In this document: positions 1 to 9,750 of the stretch, piece by piece | Position numbering within the stretch: position 1 is the stretch's first letter | Layout of the letters: the number at the start of each line of letters is the position of its first letter | Origin: an uncultured Chloroflexia bacterium | GTDB taxonomy: Bacteria > Chloroflexota > Limnocylindria > Limnocylindrales > CSP1-4 | Direction: 5' to 3' | Assembly: GCA_963746845.1 (NCBI GenBank) | Contig: CAVVCZ010000006.1 | Location: 384,001-448,000 of the forward strand | Length of the DNA: 64,000 bases | Program-made: the position numbers and the translations under genes | The notes under the pieces: model-generated | Told to the model about the DNA's origin: nothing | The model's input: only the letters and a program-made list of their open reading frames with translations | Databases searched by the model: none

Positions 1-134
1 GCCTCGAAGGCCGCTGCGAGCTCGTCGATGAACCGCTGCGGCAGCGCGTGGCCGGCGCCCGAGCCGCCGATCACGATCGTCGCGCCGTCACGGACGAGCC
101 CCACGGCATCCCGGACCTCGAGGACCTTCGTCAC
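1..134 (-). CDS. Acyl-CoA:acetate/3-ketoacid CoA-transferase (YdiF/Pct-like), N-terminal part; runs off window
   Basis: Manual translation from GTG at 134 (GTGA overlap with the SDR stop): MTKVLEVRDAVGLVRDGATIVIGGSGAGHALPQRFIDELAAAFE, typical family I CoA-transferase N-terminus. Confidence 0.7.
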   Translation of the reverse strand, partial: MTKVLEVRDAVGLVRDGATIVIGGSGAGHALPQRFIDELAAAFE

Positions 135-886
135 GGCATGTAGCCTCCGGCGTTGGGATTGAGGGTTTGCCCGAGGAACAGGCCAGCGGCGTCCGACAGG
201 AGGAAGATCACCGCCTCCGCCACCTCGTCGGCGCGGCCGAACCGCCCGAGAGCCATGTCCCGCAGCCGGCGCCGGCCTTCGTCGCTCTCGACGAGCTCGG
301 TGGTCATCTCGGTGATCGTGACGCCCGGCGCCACGGCGTTGATCCGGATGCCCTGCGGGCCGAACTCCCGGGCAAGCGACCGGGTCAGACCGATCAAGCC
401 GGCCTTGGCCGCGCTGTAGGCGGCGGTCTCGGCGATCCCCATCTGACCGAGCCGGGAGGCGATGTTCACGATCGAGCCGCCACCCTGGTCGAGCATCACC
501 GGAATGGCGGCCCGGATCGTCCGGAACGAGGCAGTCAGGTTCGTCGCGATGACGGCGTCCCACGTCTCCGGGGCGAGCGCGAGGGTCGGCCCGCGCTGGT
601 CCCTGCCGGCGTTGTTCACGAGCCCGTCCAGCCGGCCGAACCGTTCCACGACCGACCGGACGAGGGCTTCCGCCTGGGCGCCGTCGGCGACGTCGGCCCG
701 GAACGACTCGGCGGTCGCTCCTGTCGCCCGGGCGCGCTCGACGGTTCGCACGGCGGCGTCCGCGGCGTGCCCGTAGTGGACCGCGACGGTCGCTCCGGCC
801 GCAGCCGCCTTCACCGCGACCTCGGCGCCGATCCCCCGGCTGCTGCCGGTGACGAGGACGACGCGACCGTCGAGGACGCCGGTCAT
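131..886 (-). CDS. Short-chain dehydrogenase/reductase (FabG-like)
   Basis: TGSSRGIG Rossmann motif, NNAG, YSAAK catalytic motif, NAVAPG. Confidence 0.9.
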   Translation of the reverse strand: MTGVLDGRVVLVTGSSRGIGAEVAVKAAAAGATVAVHYGHAADAAVRTVERARATGATAESFRADVADGAQAEALVRSVVERFGRLDGLVNNAGRDQRGPTLALAPETWDAVIATNLTASFRTIRAAIPVMLDQGGGSIVNIASRLGQMGIAETAAYSAAKAGLIGLTRSLAREFGPQGIRINAVAPGVTITEMTTELVESDEGRRRLRDMALGRFGRADEVAEAVIFLLSDAAGLFLGQTLNPNAGGYMP

Positions 887-1899
887 GCCGGCGCCGCCGT
901 CGATCCGCGCAGGACGACCACCGTCGGCAGTCGGACCGGGGCGGGCAGGTCGCCGTGGAGCATCCGGTCCGCGTGCTCGAAGCCGAGGCGGCCGAGATCG
1001 CGGAGCGGGAGGCGGACGGTGGACAGGCTTGGCGCCGTCAGGGCGGCGGTCGAGATGTCGTCGAAGCCGGCGACCGAGATCCGGCCGGGGACGTCGATGC
1101 CGCGGACGGCCAGCCGCTGGAGCGTGCCCAGGGCGAGGAGGTCGTTCGCGCAGCAGACGGCGCTGAACGACAGGCCCGACCCGAGCAGCGCGTCCACCCC
1201 GAGGGCACCGCCGTCGACGTCGAACGTGGTCGCGACGACCAGCGCCTCGTCGTACGGGATCCCCGCCTCGGCCAGCCCGCGCCGATAGCCCGCGAGCCGC
1301 TCCCGGGCGACATACAGCGAGCGCGGTCCGGCCAGAAAGGCGATCCGGCGATGGCCCAGCCCCACGAGCGATGCGACCATCGCCGCGATCCCGGCCGCGT
1401 TGTCCACGCCGACCTCCGGCTCGCCACCGGCGTATGGGGAGAGGTGGACGATCGCCGCGCCGTCGGCGCGCATCGCCGCGACGTGCCGCTCCATCTCCGC
1501 CTGGATCTCCGGGTCGTCGAGTCCGCTCCCGGCGAAGACGATCGCCGCGGCCCGCATCGAGCGAACCAGCCGGACGTACGACCGCTCGCGCTCGGCGTTG
1601 CGCTCCGAGCTGCAGGTGATCACGAGATAGCCCGACGACGACGCTCCGTCCTCGACACCCCGGACGATCTCGGCGAAATATGGGTCGGTGATGTCGTGGA
1701 CGATGACCGCGACGACCGGCACCCGGCTCTTCAGGAGGCCGCGAGCCAGGGCGTTCGGGACGTAGTCGAGCTCGCGGGCCGCCTCGAGCACGCGCTCCCG
1801 CGTCGCTGCGCTCACGGGGTAGTCGGCGGCGGACACGACCCGCGACGCCGTCGCGGGCGACACGCCGGCCCGTCGGGCGACCTCGGTGATGGATGCCAC
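883..1899 (-). CDS. LacI-family transcriptional regulator
   Basis: SITEVARRAGVSPATASRV HTH, YVPNALARGL hinge, periplasmic-binding-type C-domain (ISVAGFDD, PSLSTV); start moved to GTG at 1899. Confidence 0.92.
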   Translation of the reverse strand: MASITEVARRAGVSPATASRVVSAADYPVSAATRERVLEAARELDYVPNALARGLLKSRVPVVAVIVHDITDPYFAEIVRGVEDGASSSGYLVITCSSERNAERERSYVRLVRSMRAAAIVFAGSGLDDPEIQAEMERHVAAMRADGAAIVHLSPYAGGEPEVGVDNAAGIAAMVASLVGLGHRRIAFLAGPRSLYVARERLAGYRRGLAEAGIPYDEALVVATTFDVDGGALGVDALLGSGLSFSAVCCANDLLALGTLQRLAVRGIDVPGRISVAGFDDISTAALTAPSLSTVRLPLRDLGRLGFEHADRMLHGDLPAPVRLPTVVVLRGSTAAPA

Positions 1900-1907
1900 G
1901 TGCGGAA

Positions 1908-3395
1908 TCAGTACGGGAACGGATAGGACCGGGGCTCGTCGCGGACGGTCACCCACTGCCACTCGGTGAACTCGTCCCAGTTCGCCGCACCGCCGAACCG
2001 GCTGCCGTTGCCCGACGCACCCATGCCCCCGAACGGGATCGTCGCTTCGTCATTCACGGTCTGGTCGTTGACGTGGACCATGCCCGAGCGGATCCGCTGC
2101 GCGAGCGCCAGCCCGCGCGAGATCGAGCGGGAGTACACCGCGCCCGTGAGCCCGTACTCGCTGTCGTTCGCGAGCGCGAGCGCCTCCTCGTCCGTGTCGA
2201 AGACGACGACCGGCGCGACGGGCCCGAAGATCTCCTCTCGCCAGGCGGCCTGATCGGCGGTGACGTCGGTCAGGACGGTCGGCCGGTAGAAGAGGCCCTC
2301 GTGCGTCCCGCCGACGACGACGGTGGCGCCGCCCTCGACCGAGCGCCTGACAATCCCGTCGACCCGCTCCAGCTGCTTCTGGTTGACGATCGGCCCGAGG
2401 TCCACGTCCTCCCGGAACGGGTCGCCCAACCGCAGCCGCTTCGCCTTCTCGGTCAGCAGGTCCACGTAGTCCCCCGCGACGCTCCGATGGACGATGTGGC
2501 GGCCGGTGGCGAAACAGACCTGGCCCTGGAACTGGAACGAGGCAAAGGCGCCGGCCGAGGCTGCCGCCTCCACGTCCGCGTCGTCGAGCACGACAAAGGC
2601 GTTGTTCCCGCCGAGCTCGAGGCTGACCCGCTTCAGGAGCTCGCCGGCGAGGGCGCCGACCCGGCGTCCGGCGGCCGTCGACCCGGTGAACGAGACGCGG
2701 TTGACGTTCGGATCGGTGACGATCGCCTCGCCGACCTCGGCACCGCCGAGGACGACGTGGAACAGCCCGTCGGGCAGGCCCGCCTCACGGAGGATCGCCT
2801 CGAACACCAGCCCGCCACAGACGGGCGTCTGGGGGTCCGGCTTGAGGATCACGGCGTTGCCGACCGCCAGGGCGGGGGCGACGACCCGCATCCCGAGCAC
2901 GCTCGGCGAGTTCCACGGCGTGATCGCGCCGATCACCCCGGCCGGGACGCGGCGCAGCATCGACAGCCTGCCCGGCACCACGCTCGGCACGAGCTGGCCG
3001 TACGGCTGGAACGGCATCGTCGCGGCGGCGTGCAGCTCGCCGACCGCGAAGTTCTGCTCGTGGTGCATCTTGTTCCGGTGGGCGCCGGTCTCGCGCTGCG
3101 TCCACGTCCCGAACTCCGGCCGGTGCGCCTCGTAGATCTCGGCGGCCCGGCGCAGGATCGCGGCACGCTCCGCATAGCTCGTCTCCGCCCATGCCGGTTG
3201 GGCCGCGGCCGCCGTGGCGGCCGCCCGGGCGACGTCGTCGGGCGTCGCCTGCGCGACGGTCAGAAGCGGCCGGCCGGTTGCCGGCTCGCGAACTTCGCGC
3301 GGCGCGCCGGTTCCCGGGCGCCAGTCGGCGAGGAACGGATCGAGCCAGCCCGGGCTCGCGGACTCCAGGGCCGCCTCAGGCGCCGTCGTGGCCAT
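1908..3395 (-). CDS. Aldehyde dehydrogenase (benzaldehyde dehydrogenase II-like)
   Basis: ITPWN, FTGSTAAG, LELGGN, GQVC catalytic Cys, EEIFGP, PFGGMGASG. Confidence 0.92.
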   Translation of the reverse strand: MATTAPEAALESASPGWLDPFLADWRPGTGAPREVREPATGRPLLTVAQATPDDVARAAATAAAAQPAWAETSYAERAAILRRAAEIYEAHRPEFGTWTQRETGAHRNKMHHEQNFAVGELHAAATMPFQPYGQLVPSVVPGRLSMLRRVPAGVIGAITPWNSPSVLGMRVVAPALAVGNAVILKPDPQTPVCGGLVFEAILREAGLPDGLFHVVLGGAEVGEAIVTDPNVNRVSFTGSTAAGRRVGALAGELLKRVSLELGGNNAFVVLDDADVEAAASAGAFASFQFQGQVCFATGRHIVHRSVAGDYVDLLTEKAKRLRLGDPFREDVDLGPIVNQKQLERVDGIVRRSVEGGATVVVGGTHEGLFYRPTVLTDVTADQAAWREEIFGPVAPVVVFDTDEEALALANDSEYGLTGAVYSRSISRGLALAQRIRSGMVHVNDQTVNDEATIPFGGMGASGNGSRFGGAANWDEFTEWQWVTVRDEPRSYPFPY

Positions 3396-3903
3396 CGCTG
3401 TCTCCTTCCGGCGGTGCGGCGAACCGCTCTGCGTAGGTCCTGGGAGCGTCGTCGACGACCGCCCGCTTGCCGGTCGCAGGGTCGCGCCAGACGGGTCCCC
3501 GGGCGAGGACGGCGTCGATCAGGCCCTCCTCGATGTACGGGGGAACCTCCCAGGTGCGGATCGTGATCGCCGCCTGGCCCGGGTAACCGATCAGCTCTCG
3601 GACCCGCTTGTCGGTGTAGTAGCCGGCCACGATCGCGAGCTGTAGCGCGCCGAGGGCGGCGGGATCGTCCCGCTCGAGCGCCGCGACCCGCGCCGCCGGG
3701 TCGTCGGCGAGGCTCGCACCGAGCGCCGTCCGCACCGGGCCGAGAAGGTCCGGGCGGGCGTTCAGCACGAAGCGCAGCCGATCGTCGGTCAGGACCTCGG
3801 CTGCCGACGGCATGCCGTGCGCGGCCGGGATGAGATGGTCCGCAACGGTCGACAGCGAGGCCCGCTCCGCCTCGGTCAGGATCGTGGCCTCGTCGAGCGT
3901 CAT
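3376..3903 (-). CDS. Gluconate 2-dehydrogenase subunit-3-like small partner of the GMC oxidoreductase
   Basis: ATG at 3903 overlaps the GMC stop; ADHLIPA...MPSA and GYYTDKRVRELIGYPG motifs; C-terminal part of track ORF 3376..5544. Confidence 0.7.
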   Translation of the reverse strand: MTLDEATILTEAERASLSTVADHLIPAAHGMPSAAEVLTDDRLRFVLNARPDLLGPVRTALGASLADDPAARVAALERDDPAALGALQLAIVAGYYTDKRVRELIGYPGQAAITIRTWEVPPYIEEGLIDAVLARGPVWRDPATGKRAVVDDAPRTYAERFAAPPEGDSDGHDGA

Positions 3904-5513
3904 GCCGGCACCTGCTGCTCGAAGCGGGTCTCCACCATGTGATCCGCTGCCCGCAGGGCGATCGCCACGATCGTCGAGGTCGGGTTCACCCCGGACGAGG
4001 TCACGAAGCACGAGCCGTCGACGACATACAGGTTCGGCACGTCGTGGGTCCGGTTCCAGCGATCGAGCACGGAGGTCTCCGGGTCGTCGCCCATCCGCGC
4101 CGTCCCCAGGAGGTGCCAGCCGGAGTACCGCATGAGCCGGTCGACCTCGATCTTGTACGCGCCGGCCGCATCCATCGACTCTTTCGCCCGCTCGATGTGG
4201 AAGTCGAGCATCCGGCGGGCGTTGTCGGCCATCGTGTAGTGGACCTCCGGTGCCGGGATGCCCGACGAGTCGGTGACCGAGCCCGAGAGCACGATCCGGT
4301 TCGCCTCGTCGGGGAGGTCCTCGGCGAAGAGGCCCCAGTTTGCGCCGTGGCCCAGATGGGACTTCACGTGGGTGTGGTGCTCCGGGCCCCAGGCCTGCTC
4401 GCCGGCCCGGCTCGGAAGCGCGGTGTTGATCGGCCCGCCGGTGGGCGCCAGGCCCCAGCGGGCGCCGCGGACGAAGCCGCGCTTCTCGTCCGTCTCGTAG
4501 AACTCCAGACTCTCGATCAGGTCGCCGAACTGGCCCGCCCAGCTCATCAGCGGCTCCTCGAACAAGCCGGCGACGTTCGCGAACGGGTGCATCATCAGCC
4601 GCTTGCCGACGAGCCCCGAGGAGTTCGCGAGGCCATCCGGGTGGCGGGCGCTCGCGGACAGGAGGAGCAGCCGCGGCGTGCCGATCGCGTTCGCGGCGAG
4701 GATGACCACCTTCGCCGCCTCGAAGTGCTCGTTGCCATCGCCGTCGATCCAGGTGGCGCCGGTCGCGAGCCCCTGCTCGTTCGTCTCGACCCTCCGGACC
4801 CGCGCGCCGGTCACGAGCTTCGCCCCCAACCCGATCGCCTTCGGCCAGTGGGTGAGGTCGGTGGACGCCTTCGCGCCCTCGTTGCAGCCCGACTGGCAGG
4901 TGGATCGCTGGACGCAGATCCGGCGACCGTCGTATGGCGTCGAGTTGATCGAGTTGAACTCGGGCCACCAGTGCCAGCCGAGCTTCGTCATGCCCCGCGC
5001 CACCTTCAGGCCCGCCGACCCGATCGGGAGCGGCGGCATCGGTGCGTCCTCGGCGTCCGGCGGATAGGCCGGATCGCCGGGCAGCCCCGACACCCCGAAC
5101 TGCCGGTCGGTCCGATAGAAGTACGGCAGCAGCTCGAAGTAGTCGATCGGCCAGTCGTCGGCCACCCCGTCGAGCGAGCGGACCCGGAAATCGGACGGCA
5201 GTGCCCGTGGCCAGGCCCCCGCGAAGATGATCGTCGAGCCGCCGACCGCGTTGTACATCAGCGGCGAGACGGGGGTGTCGTCCTCGACGATCGGGTAGTC
5301 CGCGGCGAGTCCGCGGATGTTCGGACTGGTCGCCCAGTCCTTGCGCGCCTTCAGCTCCCAGTCGAGCTTGTTGCCGGGATAGTCGTCGCGATCGAGCCAC
5401 CCGCCCTGCTCGAGGCAGACGACCCGGAAGCCGGCCTCGGCGAGCCGCAGCGCGACAACCCCGCCGGACGCGCCGGCGCCGATGATCAGAACGTCTGCGG
5501 GGTCGCTCGCCAC
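3900..5513 (-). CDS. GMC-family FAD oxidoreductase
   Basis: IIGAGASGG, AVGGSTI, C-x3-C-x3-C cluster (CVQRSTCQSGC), HLLGTARMG, NLYVVDGS, NPTSTI; GGAGG RBS. Confidence 0.92.
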   Translation of the reverse strand: MASDPADVLIIGAGASGGVVALRLAEAGFRVVCLEQGGWLDRDDYPGNKLDWELKARKDWATSPNIRGLAADYPIVEDDTPVSPLMYNAVGGSTIIFAGAWPRALPSDFRVRSLDGVADDWPIDYFELLPYFYRTDRQFGVSGLPGDPAYPPDAEDAPMPPLPIGSAGLKVARGMTKLGWHWWPEFNSINSTPYDGRRICVQRSTCQSGCNEGAKASTDLTHWPKAIGLGAKLVTGARVRRVETNEQGLATGATWIDGDGNEHFEAAKVVILAANAIGTPRLLLLSASARHPDGLANSSGLVGKRLMMHPFANVAGLFEEPLMSWAGQFGDLIESLEFYETDEKRGFVRGARWGLAPTGGPINTALPSRAGEQAWGPEHHTHVKSHLGHGANWGLFAEDLPDEANRIVLSGSVTDSSGIPAPEVHYTMADNARRMLDFHIERAKESMDAAGAYKIEVDRLMRYSGWHLLGTARMGDDPETSVLDRWNRTHDVPNLYVVDGSCFVTSSGVNPTSTIVAIALRAADHMVETRFEQQVPA

Positions 5514-5586
5514 GGGCAGCCTCCTCCTGGTGACGGACGGCCACCGGGCTCGATCAGGACCCGGTGAAGGGGCGGATGGTCGTCCG

Positions 5587-5592
5587 ATAGTA
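5587..5592 (-). promoter_or_regulatory. Putative sigma70-type -10 element (TACTAT) upstream of the GMC operon
   Basis: TACTAT on the minus strand in the gap between the DHDPS-family gene and the GMC gene, ~75 nt before the start. Confidence 0.4.
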
Positions 5593-5645
5593 AACCTTTG
5601 CTGCCCCCCGAGGTCGACGTCCTGCCGGGCGATCCGGGCGCGCCG

Positions 5646-6608
5646 TCAGCCGCCGGTCGTGGCCCCCGCGACGGCTTCGCGGGGAGCCGGCTCCGGCAGC
5701 AGGCCGACCTCGGCGAGGACAGCCGCCAGGTGGGCCCGCTCCTCGTCGCCGAGCGGCAGCAGCGGCCGCCGGACATGGGCCCCTTCGAGGCCCGGCACGC
5801 CGAGGATCCGGAGGCATTCCTTCAGCCGCACGCGGTAGTCGCCGACGGGCGCGGCGAAGACGACGTCCGCCAGCCGCTGGACGCGCCGGCCGAGGGCCCG
5901 GGCGTCGTCGATCCGGCCGTCGTTCCAGGCGTGGATCATGTCGACCTGCTCGCGGGTCATCACCGCGCCGAAGCCGATGAGGGCGCCGGTCGCGCCGAGC
6001 ATGAACGACTCGAGGATGAAGTTGTCGTTGCCGGTCAGCAGGGTGATCGGCCGCGGCAGGTCGGCCAGGAGGCGGGCGGTGTCGACGAAGCGGCGAGCGT
6101 CGAAGGACGCCTCCTTCATCGCGACCACGCCGTCGACCGACGCCATCGCGCGCAGCGTGTCCGGCTCGAAGTTCAGCCCGGCCAGGGCCGGCTGGAGCTG
6201 GAAGAGGATCAACGGCAGGCCGACGTCGGCGATGGCCTCGTGGTACCGGACCGGGACGCGTGGGTCGAGCGGCTCGCTCAGGTAGGCCGGGATCGGGAAG
6301 ACCAGGAACGCGTCCGCGCCGGCGGCCTTGAAGTCCCTCGCCTGGCGGACCGCGGCATCGGTCGACGGCCCGGCGAGGCCGGCCACGATCGGCAGGTCGG
6401 TGACGTCGTCGACGATCTCGAGGACGCGGACCTTCTCGTCATGGGTGAGATGCGGCCCTTCGCCCGTGTCGACGTTGATCGCCAGCGCGACCGGGCCCTG
6501 ACCCGCGACCCAGGCGATGTACCGGCGGAGCGCCGGCTCGTTGATCCGACCCTCGGCATCCATCGGCAGGACGGTCGCGGGGATGAGGCCGTCGAGGTTC
6601 AGCGTCAT
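5646..6608 (-). CDS. Dihydrodipicolinate synthase (DapA/NanA) family aldolase/lyase, non-canonical
   Basis: GLIPATVLPMD, NVDTGEG, Schiff-base lysine in AMKEAS; start ATG at 6608 with GGAG RBS. Confidence 0.85.
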   Translation of the reverse strand: MTLNLDGLIPATVLPMDAEGRINEPALRRYIAWVAGQGPVALAINVDTGEGPHLTHDEKVRVLEIVDDVTDLPIVAGLAGPSTDAAVRQARDFKAAGADAFLVFPIPAYLSEPLDPRVPVRYHEAIADVGLPLILFQLQPALAGLNFEPDTLRAMASVDGVVAMKEASFDARRFVDTARLLADLPRPITLLTGNDNFILESFMLGATGALIGFGAVMTREQVDMIHAWNDGRIDDARALGRRVQRLADVVFAAPVGDYRVRLKECLRILGVPGLEGAHVRRPLLPLGDEERAHLAAVLAEVGLLPEPAPREAVAGATTGG

Positions 6609-6731
6609 GGCGTCTCCCGATGGGTGGGCCGAGCGGGACGGAGCGGCGTGTCCGCCCAATGTTCGATAATCGATGGGATGGTGGCAAGCGCCGCCCGCCG
6701 GCGCCGCCGCCCCACGGTCCCGAGGAGCACG

Positions 6732-7517
6732 ATGGCCCAGCTCGACATCTTCAGCCTGCACGGCCGCGTGGCCCTGATCCCGGGCGGCGGTGGCTCGATC
6801 GGTGCGGCGATGGCCGAGGCATTCGCCGGCGCCGGGGCCAGGGTGGCTGTCACGGGCCGGACGGCGGAGACGCTGGCGGCCGCGGTCAAGGGCGTCGAAC
6901 GCGCGGGGTCGGAGGGTCTCGCGATCGTCGGCGACGCGACCGTCGAGGCCGACGCGGACCGGATGGTGGCCGAGACCGTGAAGCGGTTCGGGAAGGTCGA
7001 CATCGTCGTCAACGCCGTCGGCGGCGGCGCCGGCGAGGTGCTCCATCCGGCCGAGTCCTACCCCCGCGACGCCTGGGACTGGATCATGGAGCTCAACGTC
7101 CGGAGCACGATCGTGCCGACACAGGCCGCCGTCCGCTCGATGATCGAAGCGGGCCATCCGGGTGCGATCCTGAACCTGACATCCGTGCGGGCGAACCTCG
7201 GGATCAACGCCGGCTACTCCGCCTACGTCGCGGCGAAGGGGGCGATCAGCTCGCTGACCCGGCAATGGGCGACCGAGTGGGCGAAGCACGGTGTCCGGGT
7301 CAACGCGATCATGCCCACGTTCGTGGACACGCCCCAGGTCGCTTCGATGCTGGCCAACCCCGAGTTCAAGGCCGGCCTGGTGAATCGAATCCCGATGCGC
7401 CGGATCGGCGAGACGCGGGACCTCGTGGGACCGGCGATCTTCCTCTGCTCGGATGCCGCCTCGTTCGTGACCGGCCAGGTCCTCGGGATCGACGGCGGGC
7501 TCACCGCCACCCAGTAG
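6732..7517 (+). CDS. Short-chain dehydrogenase/reductase (gluconate 5-DH/KduD-like)
   Basis: FSLHGRVALIPGGGGSIG, YVAAKG, RQWATEW, VRVNAI; ATG at 6732 after GAGGAG. Confidence 0.88.
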   Translation: MAQLDIFSLHGRVALIPGGGGSIGAAMAEAFAGAGARVAVTGRTAETLAAAVKGVERAGSEGLAIVGDATVEADADRMVAETVKRFGKVDIVVNAVGGGAGEVLHPAESYPRDAWDWIMELNVRSTIVPTQAAVRSMIEAGHPGAILNLTSVRANLGINAGYSAYVAAKGAISSLTRQWATEWAKHGVRVNAIMPTFVDTPQVASMLANPEFKAGLVNRIPMRRIGETRDLVGPAIFLCSDAASFVTGQVLGIDGGLTATQ

Positions 7518-7542
7518 CCCAGCCCCGAAGGAGACCCCGCCG

Positions 7543-8439
7543 ATGCCGACCGCCCCGCTCGAGCTCGAGCAGGTCACCCCGAACGTCTTCACGACGACGA
7601 AGCTCCGCGGTTGCAACCCGAGCTTCGTCGTGACCTCGGCCGGGGTCGTCGCGATCGACACGCCGCAGCTGCCGACGAAAGCGGTCGCGATGCGGGCGGC
7701 GGCGGAGCAGCACGGCCCGATCCGCTACCTGATCAACACCGAGAACCACGTCGACCACATCTTCGGCAACTGGTGGTACCGGGGCGCGGGCGAGATCGTG
7801 AACCACCAGGCCCTGTGGGACATCTTCATGGACCCGAAGGCGGCGCTCGACCCGTTCGCCTACGCCCTCGAGGCGATCCCGACGGACGATCCGGAGGGCG
7901 CGGCGCTGCTCCCCGACCGCGACGCCTACTACGCGGACCTGCCGCGCGGCACGGTCGTCTTCACGGGCGACCTGACCCTGCGGGTCGGCGACCACACGAT
8001 GCACTGCCTGTGGACGCCGGGCCATACCCCGGGCCAGCTCGCCGTCCACGTGCCCGAGGAGCGGGCGGTCTTCACCGGGGACACGATCTTCAGCGGCGTG
8101 CAGACGTGGCTGATGACCTCGAACGTGGACCAGTGGCTGGAGGCGCTCGAGCGGATCCGGGCGCTCGACGTGGACTACGTCGTGCCCGGTCATGGGCCGG
8201 TCGTCGGCCTCGACTACGTCCAGACGCAGCGGGCCGTCCTGATGGCCTGGAAGGCCGCCGTCGCCGACGCGGTCTCGAAGGGCTGGTCGCGCGAGGAGAC
8301 GATCGCCCGGGTCCGGTTCGACGACCAGTTCGGCCCGGTCGACGTGGGACAGGCCTACATGATGGACCACATCCAGAACAACAACGCCGGCTCGCTCTGG
8401 GACAAGCTCACCGCCACGGGCTATTCGAAGGGCCGCTGA
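7543..8439 (+). CDS. Metallo-beta-lactamase-fold hydrolase (cyclase/lactonase-like)
   Basis: INTENHVDHIFGN (variant HxHxDH), PGHT, FTGD, VPGHG. Confidence 0.85.
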   Translation: MPTAPLELEQVTPNVFTTTKLRGCNPSFVVTSAGVVAIDTPQLPTKAVAMRAAAEQHGPIRYLINTENHVDHIFGNWWYRGAGEIVNHQALWDIFMDPKAALDPFAYALEAIPTDDPEGAALLPDRDAYYADLPRGTVVFTGDLTLRVGDHTMHCLWTPGHTPGQLAVHVPEERAVFTGDTIFSGVQTWLMTSNVDQWLEALERIRALDVDYVVPGHGPVVGLDYVQTQRAVLMAWKAAVADAVSKGWSREETIARVRFDDQFGPVDVGQAYMMDHIQNNNAGSLWDKLTATGYSKGR

Positions 8440-8450
8440 GCCGGCTCCCT

Positions 8451-9702
8451 TCAGCTGCGCCAGGGCGACGGCAGGTGGGTGATCGGCTCGTGGTCGGGGC
8501 GGACGTCGGGCTGGAGTGAGGGGTCTGCGGCCGCCACGTAGCGCGGGTCCAGGCCGAGCTCCTTCAGGACGATGTTCCGACCCTGGGCGATGCCCGGCGG
8601 CCTTGAAGAACGCGACCGTCCGGTTGAAGCCCTGCCGGCCGAAGCCGCAGTCGCTCGAGAGGATCAGCTTGTCGGCCGGGATCGCCTCGAGCGCGCGGCG
8701 CGCCCGCCCGGCAACCACCGGCGCCAGGTCGGCTTGCAGCTGGCGATGGCTCACGACGCCGACGGCGATCTTCTTCGACAGGTTGTTCGCGTACGGCTTG
8801 AACAGGTCGATCTGGGCCAGCTCGTTCTCGGTCGCCTCGATGGTCCAGACGTCGCCCTTGAGGCGGTTCAGGTAGATGTCGATCGAGTTCTCATAGGACT
8901 CGCCGCTGTAGACCTTCTGCATGTTCGGGTTGCCCCAGCAGGTGTGGATCCACAGCTCGACGTCGTCCAGGCCCTCCACCTCGTGGTTGAACGCCTCGAC
9001 CATGAAGTCGAGCAGCTCGGTCTGCTCCGGGTGGAAGCAGGCGGTGAAGTGGATCGTCGGCTCCTCGATCTGGATGACCCTGGCGCCGGCCGCCGCGAGC
9101 TGGCGCAGCTCGGTGTTCATCGCGGTCGCCATGTCCCAGATCAGCTGCTTCTTGTCGTCGCGGTCGTACTCGGACGTGTGGCTGTCGAGGAAGATCGCGA
9201 GCACTTGCGACGAGCACGTCCCGAACTTCACGGGCTTGCCGGACGCCGCGCGAGCCTGGGCGATCCGCCACAGCTTGGCGTACTCGAGCGGGTTCTTCGG
9301 GTCGTGTTCGACCTTGCCCACGACGCGTGGCCAGCGCCACGTCGTCTCGATCTCGTTCATCAGCGTCCCGGGCAGGAAGTCGAGCAGCCCGTCCCGCGAG
9401 TCCTCGTACTGGAGCTCCTCGTGCTCGAGGCCCTTCCAGCGCTGGAGTGGGTAGTGATGCCAGGATCGGCCGGCGAAGTCCTCGTCGAGGTGGTAGTCGC
9501 CGTTGGTGAGGATGTCCAGGCCGGCGCGTTCCTGGTCGGCGATCACCGTCGCGTGCGCGTCGAGGAATTGCTCGCGGAAGCGGACGTCGAGCAGCGCGGT
9601 GTCGAGCGGGCGGCCCCACAACCCCTGGTCGTACCAGCGCGGCCGGGGCCACGATCCGGTGACGGTCGCCGGGAGCATCAGGTCCCTGGTCGCAGTGAGC
9701 AT
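8451..9702 (-). CDS. Cobalamin-independent methionine synthase (MetE) C-terminal-domain family Zn enzyme; +1 frameshift near 8593-8595
   Basis: TVTGSWPRP, DQERAGLDILTNG, IQIEEP, HTCWGN and SDCGF Zn ligands; removing one base at 8593-8595 restores ...KAAGIAQGRNIVLKELGL...PWRS* ending at 8451. Confidence 0.82.
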
Positions 9703-9750
9703 GCGGGTCCTCCTGTCGATTGCCGGTGCGTCATGGTGAACGGCTCGACC

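Noticed and set aside
5646-6608. dapA (lysine biosynthesis)
   Set aside because: Lacks the canonical GTTGE motif (has VDTGE) and the catalytic Tyr (has FQ), and sits in a catabolic context
3900-8439. Vitamin B6 degradation pathway (GMC plus SDR plus MBL lactonase)
   Set aside because: The family combination is suggestive, but the ring-cleaving flavin oxygenase is absent here and this GMC has a gluconate-dehydrogenase-type small subunit; not supportable
7501-9702. 733-aa extended MetE overlapping the MBL gene
   Set aside because: The extension is out-of-frame readthrough after the indel at 8593-8595; the natural end is 8451
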